From sequence record OZ195934.1: a DNA stretch of 64,000 nt; one strand, 5' to 3'. The position numbers were made by a program, and so were the translations under genes. A model generated the notes under the pieces. The model saw only the letters and a list, made by a program, of their open reading frames with translations, did not search any database and was not told the origin of the DNA. This document shows positions 29,112 through 38,600 of the stretch, piece after piece (within the stretch, counting starts at the first letter, position 1; each line of letters opens with the position of its first letter).

Positions 29112-30044
29112 ATGAGTTTAGAAGGGTTTTTTAAACGAAAGACTAAAACATTTGACGGTGAGCCTGAGGGCGTCAACTTAGTTGACTTCAGTCAAATTGT
29201 CTTGAGTTCAATCATGGCTACATATAAGCCGACTGATTTACTGACGACTGACTTAATTCGTCACATCGTTCTTAACACGCTGCGCAGCAACGTACTAAAG
29301 AACAAAATCAAATATCCGCGCATTATTCTTTGTATAGATAATGGTCATGGCGGCTACTGGCGCAAGAAGAAGGCTTGGTATTACAAGTTCAAACGTAGTT
29401 CGCAGCGTGACGAGTCGGGTTGGGATTTCGATATGATCTTTAATTCGATGGCTCTCATCAAAGAAGAGATTCGTCAGAACATGCCTTACTATGTTCTTGA
29501 CATCGAGGGCGTTGAAGCCGATGACCATATCGGTGTTTTGACGAAATACTACGTGAACAAAAACGTTCCAGTATTGATTACGTCTTCAGATGGTGACTTT
29601 ACGCAATTGCACACGAGCAAGCTTGTTCGTCAGTGGTCACCGATTCAGAAGAAGTGGGTAAAACCGAAGCATGGTTCGCCAGAAATGGACATCATGTACA
29701 AGTGCATCAAGGGCGATAAGAAAGATGGCATCGCGCCTATGAAAGTGCCGAACGATCACTATACACACGGTGATGGTCGTCGCGCTCCACCGATTCGTGC
29801 AGAAGAGCTTCGAACGTTGATGACTTCTACTAAAGAAGAGCTGAAAACGTTACTTACCGATGAGCAATGGGTACGTTATGAAGAGAACAGAGAAATGCTT
29901 GATTTCGAGTTTATCCCGCAAGATATACATGATAGCATCATTTCTCAATTCGAAGAACAACGCCCTGCGCCGCGCAGTAAGTTGATGATGTATTTTGCAT
30001 CGAAAAAACTAGATAAACTCTTGGAAAATATGAGCGAATTCTAG
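29112..30044 (+). CDS. rnh: RNase H / 5'-3' exonuclease (T4 Rnh)
   Basis: LVDFSQI, YWRKK..YYK, EADDHIG, SSDGDFTQL, KGDKKDGIA. Confidence 0.96.
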   Translation: MSLEGFFKRKTKTFDGEPEGVNLVDFSQIVLSSIMATYKPTDLLTTDLIRHIVLNTLRSNVLKNKIKYPRIILCIDNGHGGYWRKKKAWYYKFKRSSQRDESGWDFDMIFNSMALIKEEIRQNMPYYVLDIEGVEADDHIGVLTKYYVNKNVPVLITSSDGDFTQLHTSKLVRQWSPIQKKWVKPKHGSPEMDIMYKCIKGDKKDGIAPMKVPNDHYTHGDGRRAPPIRAEELRTLMTSTKEELKTLLTDEQWVRYEENREMLDFEFIPQDIHDSIISQFEEQRPAPRSKLMMYFASKKLDKLLENMSEF

Positions 30045-30054
30045 TTCAAAAACT

Positions 30055-30096
30055 TGTTTAACACGCTTCATGCTGCTGTATAATTAGCAGCATGAA
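30055..30096 (+). promoter_or_regulatory. TGTTTAAC-N16-TATAAT promoter for dsbA, with the -10 inside an 11-bp inverted repeat
   Basis: TTCATGCTGCT (30067-77) / AGCAGCATGAA (30086-96) flank TATAAT (30079-84). Confidence 0.7.
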
Positions 30097-30130
30097 CACA
30101 AACACTGACTAAAACATAATTGAGGCATCA

Positions 30131-30403
30131 ATGGAAAACATCGAATACGAAACAATCTCTACTCCGCAAGACAAGCAAGAAGTTATCAACATGATCAAAG
30201 AAGCTGCTGCGTCGCTTTTACGCGCAGACTCTGAAGCTGATCTTCGTAAAGATATTGCAGCACGTGCGAAAGAAGAGTTCCAAATTCCTGCTGCTGAGTT
30301 TAACAAACTGACGCGTTGGTATCATAAACAAAACCGTGCTGAAGAGCAAGCGAAGCACGAGAAAGTTGACACACTATACGAGAAGCTATTTGACGATGAA
30401 TAA
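30131..30403 (+). CDS. dsbA: dsDNA-binding protein DsbA
   Basis: IKEAA..LRAD..KDIAARAKEEF..FNKL..YHKQ; synteny rnh-dsbA-33-59-32. Confidence 0.9.
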   Translation: MENIEYETISTPQDKQEVINMIKEAAASLLRADSEADLRKDIAARAKEEFQIPAAEFNKLTRWYHKQNRAEEQAKHEKVDTLYEKLFDDE

Positions 30404-30689
30404 AGATGACTATGTTCTCAAAGAAGAGCTTGGAAATCTAGTTCCGCCTATCAAAGGCAGCTTGAGACAGCAAATATCTCTTGAAATCGAAGAGATCTAC
30501 AATAGCTGTCCTGCTACAACTTACCTAGAAGCGTGCTTGTTTTTCATTGAGCGATACGATTACGACATTAGTCGATTCCCGTATCTGATCAATCAGACGC
30601 TGAAAGACAAAATTGAGACTGAGGCGATAAATGAAAAGACTATTAGAAGTCGATTTGGTTCTGCCTCGGACTTGGGTAAATGGGTTTAG
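30396..30689 (+). CDS. gp33: Late-transcription co-activator gp33
   Basis: ISLEIEEI..TYLEA..F.E...LKDKIETEAINE; start corrected to ATG 30396. Confidence 0.85.
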   Translation: MNKDDYVLKEELGNLVPPIKGSLRQQISLEIEEIYNSCPATTYLEACLFFIERYDYDISRFPYLINQTLKDKIETEAINEKTIRSRFGSASDLGKWV

Positions 30690-31281
30690 CATATTTCGAG
30701 TCTATTGCGCGGTAAAAGCGCATATGGGTGGGAAGTACGATATTTCCAAGTACAAACTCGGTATGAAAACACCGCAGTCTGCGTTTGAAAAGCGTTCAGA
30801 CAAGGTGTTTTTCGAGCGACTAGCCAAGCGGCTAACACTGAATGATTGCTATCAGTTACTGGTGAGTAACTTGGCAGCTAATCCAAACGCGATTTCATAT
30901 GAGATTGCGGGTGCTGACGCGCATGAATTCTGGTTGAAACATACCGGATTTATGGAAATTTACAGTCAGCATTACAAAAATGAGCTACTTACGATTTTTA
31001 CTCTTATAAATAAAGAGCAAAAGAAATTCAAAGACTTGTTTAGAGGTGAGGGGCATCCAGTTATAATGCAACTCGTGTTACGAAATACAATCTCAATCGA
31101 GACGTTCGTAATTCTGAATAGACTTTTGAATTTTGTCCCTGTAATCGACAAAGATTACGGTGACGACATTTTTTGGCACGAGTTTAAGACGAGAGCTTTA
31201 GCATACGATAAGTTGCTGAAAATCGACGAAAAACTTGCAAAAGAAATGTTTATTCAAGTAAAAAATCAAAGTAAAATATAA
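30631..31281 (+). CDS. gp59: Helicase loader gp59
   Basis: AHMGGKYDISKY, FEKRSDKVFFERLAK, ISIETFVIL, AYDKLLKID. Confidence 0.92.
   Translation: MKRLLEVDLVLPRTWVNGFSIFRVYCAVKAHMGGKYDISKYKLGMKTPQSAFEKRSDKVFFERLAKRLTLNDCYQLLVSNLAANPNAISYEIAGADAHEFWLKHTGFMEIYSQHYKNELLTIFTLINKEQKKFKDLFRGEGHPVIMQLVLRNTISIETFVILNRLLNFVPVIDKDYGDDIFWHEFKTRALAYDKLLKIDEKLAKEMFIQVKNQSKI
31005..31012 (+). promoter_or_regulatory. Internal late promoter TATAAATA, possibly for gp32
   Basis: Exact consensus inside gp59. Confidence 0.45.
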
Positions 31282-31334
31282 AACACACTATACGATACTA
31301 TATCAAACAATAAAATACAATAAGGTAATACAAC

Positions 31335-32243
31335 ATGACTATGTTTAAGCGCAAATCACCAGCAAAACTTCAAGAAAAACTTGAGCAAATGAGCACCAAA
31401 AAGTCTTACGACAACGCTGACGAGTGGAAACTTTCTACTGATAAGCTTGGTAACGGCTCTGCTGTGATTCGCTTCCTTCCTGCTAAAGGCGAAGACGACC
31501 TACCATTCGTAAAAATCTTCACTCACGGTTTCAAAGAAAACGGCAACTGGTTCATCGAAGCTTGTCCAAGCACTATCGATCTTCCATGTCCATGCTGTGC
31601 AGCTAACGGCGAGCTTTGGAAAACTGAGAACGAAGACAATCAAAACATTGCACGTAAGCGCAAGCGTACTCTTTCTTACTGGGCAAACGTATACATCATC
31701 AAAGATGAAGCGAACCCAGAAAACGAAGGCAAGACATTCAAATACCGCTTCGGTAAGAAAATTCTTGACAAGATCACTCAAGCAGCTCAAGCAGACGACG
31801 ACCTAGGTGTACCTGGTATGGACGTAACTTGTGTGTTTGACGGTGCTAACTTCTCTCTAAAAGCGAAGAAAGTATCTGGTTTCCCTAACTACGACGACTC
31901 TAAATTTGGTCCAAGCACTGAGCTTTGCGGCGGTGACGAAACTAAACTTGGCGAAATCTGGGAAGCGATGCACGATCTAAACGCTATCATCGCTCCATCA
32001 GCGTTCAAATCTGAAGCTGATTTGCAAAAACGCTTCTTACAAGTGACTGGTGCTCAGACTCCAAAAGCGTCTGCTGCTCAAAATCTTGAAGCGCAAATCA
32101 ACACTTCAGCGCCTGCTCAAGCTAACGCTCAAAAGCCGGCAACTCAATCTGCTCCAGCGAAAGTTGAAGTTGACGAGCCGCTGAAAGACTCAAGCGACGA
32201 CGAACTAGACGCATTACTTGCGGATCTAGAACTAGACGGCTAG
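31335..32243 (+). CDS. gp32: Single-stranded DNA-binding protein gp32
   Basis: MFKRKS, EWKL..DKLGNGSAVIRFLP, Zn ligands H..C..CPCC, NYDDSKF, acidic tail. Confidence 0.97.
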   Translation: MTMFKRKSPAKLQEKLEQMSTKKSYDNADEWKLSTDKLGNGSAVIRFLPAKGEDDLPFVKIFTHGFKENGNWFIEACPSTIDLPCPCCAANGELWKTENEDNQNIARKRKRTLSYWANVYIIKDEANPENEGKTFKYRFGKKILDKITQAAQADDDLGVPGMDVTCVFDGANFSLKAKKVSGFPNYDDSKFGPSTELCGGDETKLGEIWEAMHDLNAIIAPSAFKSEADLQKRFLQVTGAQTPKASAAQNLEAQINTSAPAQANAQKPATQSAPAKVEVDEPLKDSSDDELDALLADLELDG

Positions 32244-32253
32244 AACGAATGAG

Positions 32254-32272
32254 AGGGGCTTTCGAGCCCCTT
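32254..32272 (+). terminator. Hairpin after gp32
   Basis: AGGGGCT-TTCG-AGCCCCT with a short U-tract. Confidence 0.6.
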
Positions 32273-32290
32273 GGTTCTCTAGGAGAGTCT

Positions 32291-32830
32291 ATGAAAGTTC
32301 AAATCGTTTTTGCTCACGCTATGAGTAAATCGCAACACGCTCCATTCGGCAACAAAAACTCACTCCCATGGAAACACAACAAAGAAGATCTATCTTTCTT
32401 CAAACGAATCACCGCTAATAGCGTTCTTGTAATGGGTTCTAACACGTTTGAATCTTTACCCGGTAAACTGGTCGGACGTCCTCATATAGTGCGCTCACGC
32501 TCTAATACAGCTACGGCACGCAATGGCGACCGCGCAGACTTTTATACTTCAATGCATTTTACAGATCTTATCGAAGATTTGACGAATGAATACGGTGAAG
32601 ACTACGACACAATAAGCGTAATTGGTGGACCAGAGGTTATATTTTCAGCACTGCGATATGCAGACTGCATATATAAAACTACGATAGCTGAAAAAATCGA
32701 AGCGTACGACGTTACGATTGATTTGACTAAAGTATTTTGCTCTTTTCCACAATCGGAAAAACTAGAAATAACAGAGTGCGAAAACGGCTCGGTTATTTTC
32801 ATTGAGAAGTTAACAAAAGGTGATATATGA
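32291..32830 (+). CDS. frd: Dihydrofolate reductase
   Basis: FGNKNSLPWKHNKEDLSFFK, LVMGSNTFESLP, VIGG; start corrected to 32291. Confidence 0.92.
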   Translation: MKVQIVFAHAMSKSQHAPFGNKNSLPWKHNKEDLSFFKRITANSVLVMGSNTFESLPGKLVGRPHIVRSRSNTATARNGDRADFYTSMHFTDLIEDLTNEYGEDYDTISVIGGPEVIFSALRYADCIYKTTIAEKIEAYDVTIDLTKVFCSFPQSEKLEITECENGSVIFIEKLTKGDI

Positions 32831-33564
32831 TTTTTAAAAGTAATGTTGGTTGGTTTGCAGGCGCGGGTTCTGTTCGTCACGATTTTTACATCAACGGGCC
32901 AATCGAAGAGCCAAATGATTACGAAGAAATGCTTCAGATTCTGCATACAGCTTCTGAAACAGACGCAATCTATTTGCACTTGAACACACCCGGTGGTAAC
33001 TTCGCGGCAGCATGTCAAATCTGTGATGCGATTATGCAATCAAAGGCAGGTGCAGTAATTGCATGTGCTGAAGGGGATGTTTGCAGTGCAGGCACAATGA
33101 TTTTCCTAGCTTGTAATGGCTGGCACGTGAGTCCGTTTAGTACGTTCATGTTCCATACTTCAAGCGGCGGTCAAATCGGTAAAATGCCTGACACGTTGAA
33201 GCAAGCGAAAGCGCACGAAGAACACTTGAATCGCGTAGCAGGTTTGCTATACGACCCGTTCTTCAGCGAAGACGAAATCGATCAAATCATCAACTACAAC
33301 CAAGACGTTTGGTTGACGCCTGAAGAAGTAACTGAGCGTCTAACTGAAATGTCGAAGCGTTTCGAAGCTGAACTAAAAGAAGCTGAAGAACAAATTGCAG
33401 GTGATTTGGAATCTCAACTTGAAGAACAGATCGCAGAACGAGTAGAAGCGGGCGTGAAAGCTGCGCTAGAAGCTCTGAAGCCAGTCGAAGTTCAAGAAGC
33501 TGTTGAAGCTATTGAGCCAGAAGAAGTTCCGTACGAACCTCGTGAAGTGGCAGAAGACGAGTAA
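32827..33564 (+). CDS. ClpP-like serine protease with an acidic coiled-coil tail
   Basis: LHLNTPGG, VCSAGTMIFLA (catalytic Ser), FMFHTSSGG (catalytic His), DVWLTPEE. Confidence 0.88.
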   Translation: MIFKSNVGWFAGAGSVRHDFYINGPIEEPNDYEEMLQILHTASETDAIYLHLNTPGGNFAAACQICDAIMQSKAGAVIACAEGDVCSAGTMIFLACNGWHVSPFSTFMFHTSSGGQIGKMPDTLKQAKAHEEHLNRVAGLLYDPFFSEDEIDQIINYNQDVWLTPEEVTERLTEMSKRFEAELKEAEEQIAGDLESQLEEQIAERVEAGVKAALEALKPVEVQEAVEAIEPEEVPYEPREVAEDE

Positions 33565-33577
33565 TCAAATTGAGAAT

Positions 33578-33609
33578 AAGGGGTGGCTTTTGTCGCTCCT
33601 TTTGTTTTT
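33578..33609 (+). terminator. Intrinsic terminator
   Basis: AAGGGGTGGC-TTTT-GTCGCTCCTT plus T-run. Confidence 0.65.
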
Positions 33610-33623
33610 AGAAAAGGTAAAAT

Positions 33624-34724
33624 ATGTCAGATTTAATGAAATCGATGAAGAAATCAAGCACTTCTGGTTACGCTCACGTACTGTCTGAGAGTAACTTCAT
33701 GTTTGAAAAAGATCACACTCGAACGTACGTTCCTGCGATTAACATCGCGTTTAGTGGTGAAGTAGATGGTGGCTTAACGTCGGGACTTACAGTTCTAGCG
33801 GGTCCGTCAAAGCACTTCAAGTCGAATCTAGGTCTAGTTGGCGTTGCTGCATACTTGAAGAAGTACCCTGAAGCTGTTTGTGTGTTCATCGATACTGAAT
33901 TCGGTATCACACCCGCTTACTTGAAATCACAAGGCGTTGATCCTGATCGTGTGCTGCACATTCAATGTGAGTCAGTTGAACGAATGAAGTTCGAAATGGC
34001 GAATCAGCTTAAAGATCTTGCTGAACGTAAACGTGCGATGAAAAAAGGCGATGAGCCAGACCGTGTTGTGTTCTTCATTGACTCGGTTGGTAACGTAGCA
34101 TCAGCGAAAGAAATCGAAGACGCGCAGAACGAATCTAGCAAAGCAGATATGACGCGTGCAAAACAACTTAAATCACTGTTCCGTATTGTAACACCGTACT
34201 TCACGATGCTTGACATTCCGTGTATTGCGATTAACCATACGTATCAGACTCAAGAAATGTATGCAAAAACTGTCATGAGTGGCGGTACGGGTATCATGTA
34301 CTCTGCTGATACAGTAATCATCTTGGGTAAACAGCAAGAAAAAGACGGCAAAGAAATTGTCGGCTATCACTTCATCATGAATATCGAGAAGTCTCGATTC
34401 GTTAAAGAGAAGATGAAAATTCCGTTGACAGTAACGTACGAAGATGGTATCGACCCGTTCAGTGGTCTACTAGATATCGCGTTGCAGACTGGACACGTTG
34501 TCAAACCGTCAAACGGTTGGTATCAGCGTTCATTTGTCGATTTGGAAACAGGCGAGCAAACGGTAGAAGAAAAGAAATATCGTGCTAAAGAGACGCAAGC
34601 AGCGTCATTCTGGAAGCCTATCATCAATGACGAGTCATTCAAAGATGGCGTTAAGCGTCTTTACTGTCTTGGTCAAATGAACGAAGACGATATCATGGAA
34701 GAAGTGGAAAGCTTGTTCGAATAA
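33624..34724 (+). CDS. uvsX: UvsX RecA-like recombinase
   Basis: LAGPSKHFKS, FIDTEFG, FFIDSVGN, DMTRAKQLKSLFR, MSGGTG, EKSRF. Confidence 0.97.
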   Translation: MSDLMKSMKKSSTSGYAHVLSESNFMFEKDHTRTYVPAINIAFSGEVDGGLTSGLTVLAGPSKHFKSNLGLVGVAAYLKKYPEAVCVFIDTEFGITPAYLKSQGVDPDRVLHIQCESVERMKFEMANQLKDLAERKRAMKKGDEPDRVVFFIDSVGNVASAKEIEDAQNESSKADMTRAKQLKSLFRIVTPYFTMLDIPCIAINHTYQTQEMYAKTVMSGGTGIMYSADTVIILGKQQEKDGKEIVGYHFIMNIEKSRFVKEKMKIPLTVTYEDGIDPFSGLLDIALQTGHVVKPSNGWYQRSFVDLETGEQTVEEKKYRAKETQAASFWKPIINDESFKDGVKRLYCLGQMNEDDIMEEVESLFE

Positions 34725-34729
34725 TCAAG

Positions 34730-34753
34730 AAGCCGCTTTTAGCGGCTTTTTTT
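34730..34753 (+). terminator. Intrinsic terminator
   Basis: AAGCCGCT-TTT-AGCGGCTTTTTTT. Confidence 0.85.
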
Positions 34754-34766
34754 ATAGGTAAAATAT

Positions 34767-35066
34767 ATGACTCCGAATGAAGTAAGCGAAATTCTGACTG
34801 GAATTAACGAACACGTTAAATTTAGTATCTTAATTGATGATGTTGAAGTTTATGTGACAGGGATTATCGTTGATAATAGCGGTAGACTTAAAGTTGAGTT
34901 TGTTACTCAACACCCCGAGCGTGAAGACGAAGTTCGTCCACACGTAGAGGCATGTATTATGAAACTTATTAGTGAAGAACAGAAAAAAAGTGAGGCGACG
35001 CAATGCAAATCGAACAGTCGATTTTCTCGAATCTTATCGAAAATCAAGAATATTATGCAACGGTAA
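34767..35066 (+). CDS. gp40: Head vertex assembly chaperone gp40
   Basis: HVKFSILIDDVEVYV..LKVEF..VRPHVEACI; synteny uvsX-40-41. Confidence 0.75.
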   Translation: MTPNEVSEILTGINEHVKFSILIDDVEVYVTGIIVDNSGRLKVEFVTQHPEREDEVRPHVEACIMKLISEEQKKSEATQCKSNSRFSRILSKIKNIMQR

Positions 35067-36406
35067 TACCGCATCTTAAAAAAGAGTATTTTCCGTCAGT
35101 AGCATATCAGCATGTATTCTCGATGATTAAGAATCACGGTGACGAGTATAAGCGACGTGCAACGCTCGAAGTATTAAAGGTTGGTCTAGAATCACTAAAC
35201 GGTATCAGTGAATACGATTACGCTGAGATTCAGCAAATTATCTCGAATCTTGAACCACATCCGACGCACGACTTGCGTTGGTTAGTGGACGAAACAGAAA
35301 AATACTGCATTGAGCAAAGCACGTTCAATGCACTAAGTGAAGCACTTGCAATTCAAGAAAACGCAGCAAAACCATTTGATCAGCAAAACAAGAAAATGAA
35401 AACAATCGGGGCGATTCCCGATATGATGCGCGAAGCATTATCAGTCTGTTTTGATACATCAGTGGGTCATGATTACTTTGCTGATTGGGAACCGCGCTAC
35501 AAATCATACATTGAGAAAGCAGCAAAGCTCCCGTTCAAGCTAAACATCTTGAACAAAATTACACAAGGTGGCATCGAGCGAAGCACGTTGAATCTTCTTC
35601 TAGCGGGTTCTAACGTCGGTAAATCGCTTGCACTATGTCACTTAGCAACTGAATACTTACTACAAGGCTACAACGTTCTGTACATCAGTATGGAAATGAG
35701 TGAAGCGGCAGTGTCTAAACGTATCGATGCGAACTTGATGGACGTCAGTATGGACGACTTCGACACGATTACCGAAAAGACATACGGCAATAAGATTCAG
35801 AATCTTGAGAAGAAAACTCAAGGCAAGTTATTCATTAAACAGTTCCCGACTGCGGGTGCGAACGTTACTCACTTCAATACATTGATGAATGAGCTTCGTA
35901 CGAAGAAAGACGTTGTTCCCGACATTGTTATTATCGATTATCTTGGTATCTGTGCGTCGTCACGTGTAGCAAGCTCAGAAAACACATACGTTCATGTTAA
36001 AGCAATCGCTGAAGAGATTCGTGGTTTTGCTGTTGAACACAACGTCGGTGTATGGTCTGCTGCTCAGACAACGCGTTCAGCATGGGATGCGTCTGATATG
36101 GGAATGGGAGACATTGCAGAATCTGCGGGTCTAGCTCACACGGCTGACTTGATTCTCGGTGTCATGGAAACTGAAGAAACGGTTGCACTCGGACAGCAAC
36201 GTGTCAAACAAATCAAGTCACGTTATGCAGATCGAAATCAAGATCAAACGTTCATGATTGCAGTTAACAAGGGCAAACAAAGATGGGGTGATGTAGATGG
36301 AACAGCAAATTACGCTGCGCCTGCGTCGATACAAGCGAAATCGGCGTCTCCTTTTAATCAGAAAAAAGAGCAAACGTCTGAGAAGACAGAGGCGGTAAAT
36401 TGGTAG
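35003..36406 (+). CDS. gp41: Replicative helicase gp41
   Basis: LAGSNVGKS, YISMEM, IIDYLGIC, VWSAAQTTR, KQIKSRY. Confidence 0.97.
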   Translation: MQIEQSIFSNLIENQEYYATVIPHLKKEYFPSVAYQHVFSMIKNHGDEYKRRATLEVLKVGLESLNGISEYDYAEIQQIISNLEPHPTHDLRWLVDETEKYCIEQSTFNALSEALAIQENAAKPFDQQNKKMKTIGAIPDMMREALSVCFDTSVGHDYFADWEPRYKSYIEKAAKLPFKLNILNKITQGGIERSTLNLLLAGSNVGKSLALCHLATEYLLQGYNVLYISMEMSEAAVSKRIDANLMDVSMDDFDTITEKTYGNKIQNLEKKTQGKLFIKQFPTAGANVTHFNTLMNELRTKKDVVPDIVIIDYLGICASSRVASSENTYVHVKAIAEEIRGFAVEHNVGVWSAAQTTRSAWDASDMGMGDIAESAGLAHTADLILGVMETEETVALGQQRVKQIKSRYADRNQDQTFMIAVNKGKQRWGDVDGTANYAAPASIQAKSASPFNQKKEQTSEKTEAVNW

Positions 36407-36648
36407 AGATCATTGGGTCGAAGTATTGCATGGCTTGTTATCAAGTTCGCAAGACACTAGACAGGCGAAACATAGAGTACGCATTTCACGATGCGTACGA
36501 CGAATCTGAACGCTATAAAGTCTTGCAGAAGATTGGCGAAGATGATGGGTATATTCACCACCCTGTTGGGTTTATCAACGGGGAGTGTATTGGTAGTGGC
36601 GGTGCTAGTATTCTTAATAGCATCGACAAGTTTTTAGAAGAGGAATAG
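36400..36648 (+). CDS. nrdH: Glutaredoxin (NrdH/NrdC-like)
   Basis: CMAC active site, P..FINGE.IG; GTG start; directly upstream of nrdD. Confidence 0.8.
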   Translation: MVEIIGSKYCMACYQVRKTLDRRNIEYAFHDAYDESERYKVLQKIGEDDGYIHHPVGFINGECIGSGGASILNSIDKFLEEE

Positions 36649-38481
36649 ATGAAAGACGAAATTTTAGATATTGTTAGTGGTTCTGGTAACAACAAAGAAA
36701 ACGCAAACAAAGATTCAAAAGTGATCCCAACAATGCGTGACTTGGTAGCAGGTACAGTATCGAAGCAATATGCACTTGAAGACATATTGCCGAAAGAGAT
36801 TGCCGACGCTCATATCAGCGGTGACATTCACTTTCACGATTTAGATTACAGTCCGCTGTTCCCGCAATTCAACTGCATGATCATCGATATCAAAGGCATG
36901 TTTGAACATGGTTTTAAAATGGGTAACGCTGAAATCACAGAGCCGAATAGCATTTCGACTGCTGCGACTATCGTAACTCAGATTATTCAACAAGTGTCTA
37001 GTCACATCTATGGCGGTAACACGATTAACCGCATTGATGAAGTGCTTGCACCGTATGTTCGCAAATCGTACTACAAATGGCTTGAAATCGGTCGCGAAGA
37101 ACATCCCGACTCTGATTCGAAAGCTGCTATCTTCGCCCGCAAGCGCGTAGAGAAAGAAACGTACGACGCGTTCCAGACGTTTGAGTATCAAGTTAACACT
37201 ATGCAGACATCGAATGGTCAAACGCCATTCACGACTATCAACTTCGGTCTTGGTACATCATGGGAAGAGAAGCTAATTCAAAAAAGCATTCTTCAGAATC
37301 GTATCGATGGTCTAGGTAAGACGCGCAAGACTGCGATTTTCCCTAAGCTTGTGTTCACGCTGCGCGATGGTGTCAATCTGAAACAAGGTGACCCGTGTTA
37401 CGGCATCAAGAAGCTTGCTCTTGAATGTGCGAGTAAACGCATGTATCCCGACGTTCTGAACTACGACCGATTAGTCGAAACGACTGGTGGCTTTAAAGCA
37501 CCAATGGGTTGTCGCTCGTTCTTAGGCGAATACGAAGAAAACGGTGAAGTGATTCACGATGGTCGAAACAATCTTGGCGTTGTGTCAGTGAACGTTCCGC
37601 GTATCGCGATTGAAGCAAGTGGCGACTTGGAAAGATTCTTTGAAATCTTACATGACCGCTGCACGATTGCGTTTGATGCTCTAATGCTGCGTATAAAGCG
37701 TTTTGACGACGTTAAAGCGTCAGTTGCACCGATTCTATACACAGAAGGCGCGATGGGCGTACGATTGAATCCAGACGACAATGTAAGCGAAGTGTTCAAG
37801 AACGGTCGAGCAAGTATCTCACTTGGTTACATCGGGTTGCACGAAGCTGTTACGCTATTGTCTCATGACAAAGAATCGCATACGTTCAATTCGCATCACA
37901 AACAGTTCTTAGCTGAGAAGATCGTCGAGACGTTGCGCAAGTACACTGATATGTGGAAAGAAGCAACTGGTTACGGTTTCAGCTTGTACAGCACACCGAG
38001 CGAATCATTGTGTGATCGTTTCTGTCGTCTTGATCAAGAGAAATACGGTGTTATTCAAGGCATCAATGACAAAGACTACTACACGAACTCGTTCCACTTA
38101 GATGTGTTCAAGAAAGTAAATCCGTTTGAGAAGATTGACTTCGAATCGCGATACCCTCAACACGCAAGTGGCGGTTTCATCGTTTACGCTGAGTTCCCGA
38201 ACATGCGTGACAACTTGAAAGGTCTTGAGCGCGTATGGGATTACTCGTACACTCGCGTGCCGTACTTCGGTACTAACACGCCGATTGATCAGTGTACGTG
38301 TGGTTGGTCTGGTGAAGCACATGCAGATTCGGATGGGTTCAGTTGTCCTACGTGTGGCGAACGCGACCCTGAGAAACTTCACGTGACTCGTCGAGTCTGT
38401 GGCTATCTCGGTAACCCGGGTGCTCGTGGTTGGAATCACGGCAAGACAGTTGAAATGAAAAATCGAGTTAAACACCAATAA
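36649..38481 (+). CDS. nrdD: Anaerobic ribonucleotide reductase NrdD
   Basis: GDIHFHDLDY, MGCRSFL, NNLGVVSVN, YSTPSESLC, RRVCGYLG glycyl radical loop. Confidence 0.98.
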   Translation: MKDEILDIVSGSGNNKENANKDSKVIPTMRDLVAGTVSKQYALEDILPKEIADAHISGDIHFHDLDYSPLFPQFNCMIIDIKGMFEHGFKMGNAEITEPNSISTAATIVTQIIQQVSSHIYGGNTINRIDEVLAPYVRKSYYKWLEIGREEHPDSDSKAAIFARKRVEKETYDAFQTFEYQVNTMQTSNGQTPFTTINFGLGTSWEEKLIQKSILQNRIDGLGKTRKTAIFPKLVFTLRDGVNLKQGDPCYGIKKLALECASKRMYPDVLNYDRLVETTGGFKAPMGCRSFLGEYEENGEVIHDGRNNLGVVSVNVPRIAIEASGDLERFFEILHDRCTIAFDALMLRIKRFDDVKASVAPILYTEGAMGVRLNPDDNVSEVFKNGRASISLGYIGLHEAVTLLSHDKESHTFNSHHKQFLAEKIVETLRKYTDMWKEATGYGFSLYSTPSESLCDRFCRLDQEKYGVIQGINDKDYYTNSFHLDVFKKVNPFEKIDFESRYPQHASGGFIVYAEFPNMRDNLKGLERVWDYSYTRVPYFGTNTPIDQCTCGWSGEAHADSDGFSCPTCGERDPEKLHVTRRVCGYLGNPGARGWNHGKTVEMKNRVKHQ

Positions 38482-38482
38482 G

Positions 38483-38506
38483 AAAAGCGCCTTCGGGCGC
38501 TTTTTT
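38483..38506 (+). terminator. Intrinsic terminator
   Basis: AAAAGCGCC-TTCG-GGCGCTTTTTT. Confidence 0.9.
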
Positions 38507-38526
38507 CGTTTTTATTGAAAAAGTGG

Positions 38527-38600
38527 TTGCACTGAAAATCAAATGAGCCTAATATTACTTCATCGCAACGACGCGACCACTTACAAAGAGAGATTACATT
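38527..38600 (+). promoter_or_regulatory. Early promoter TTGCAC-17-TAATAT plus conserved leader
   Basis: Leader contains ATCGCAACGACGCGACCA (38562-79), identical to 49165-82, and ends GAGAGATTACATTATG. Confidence 0.75.
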
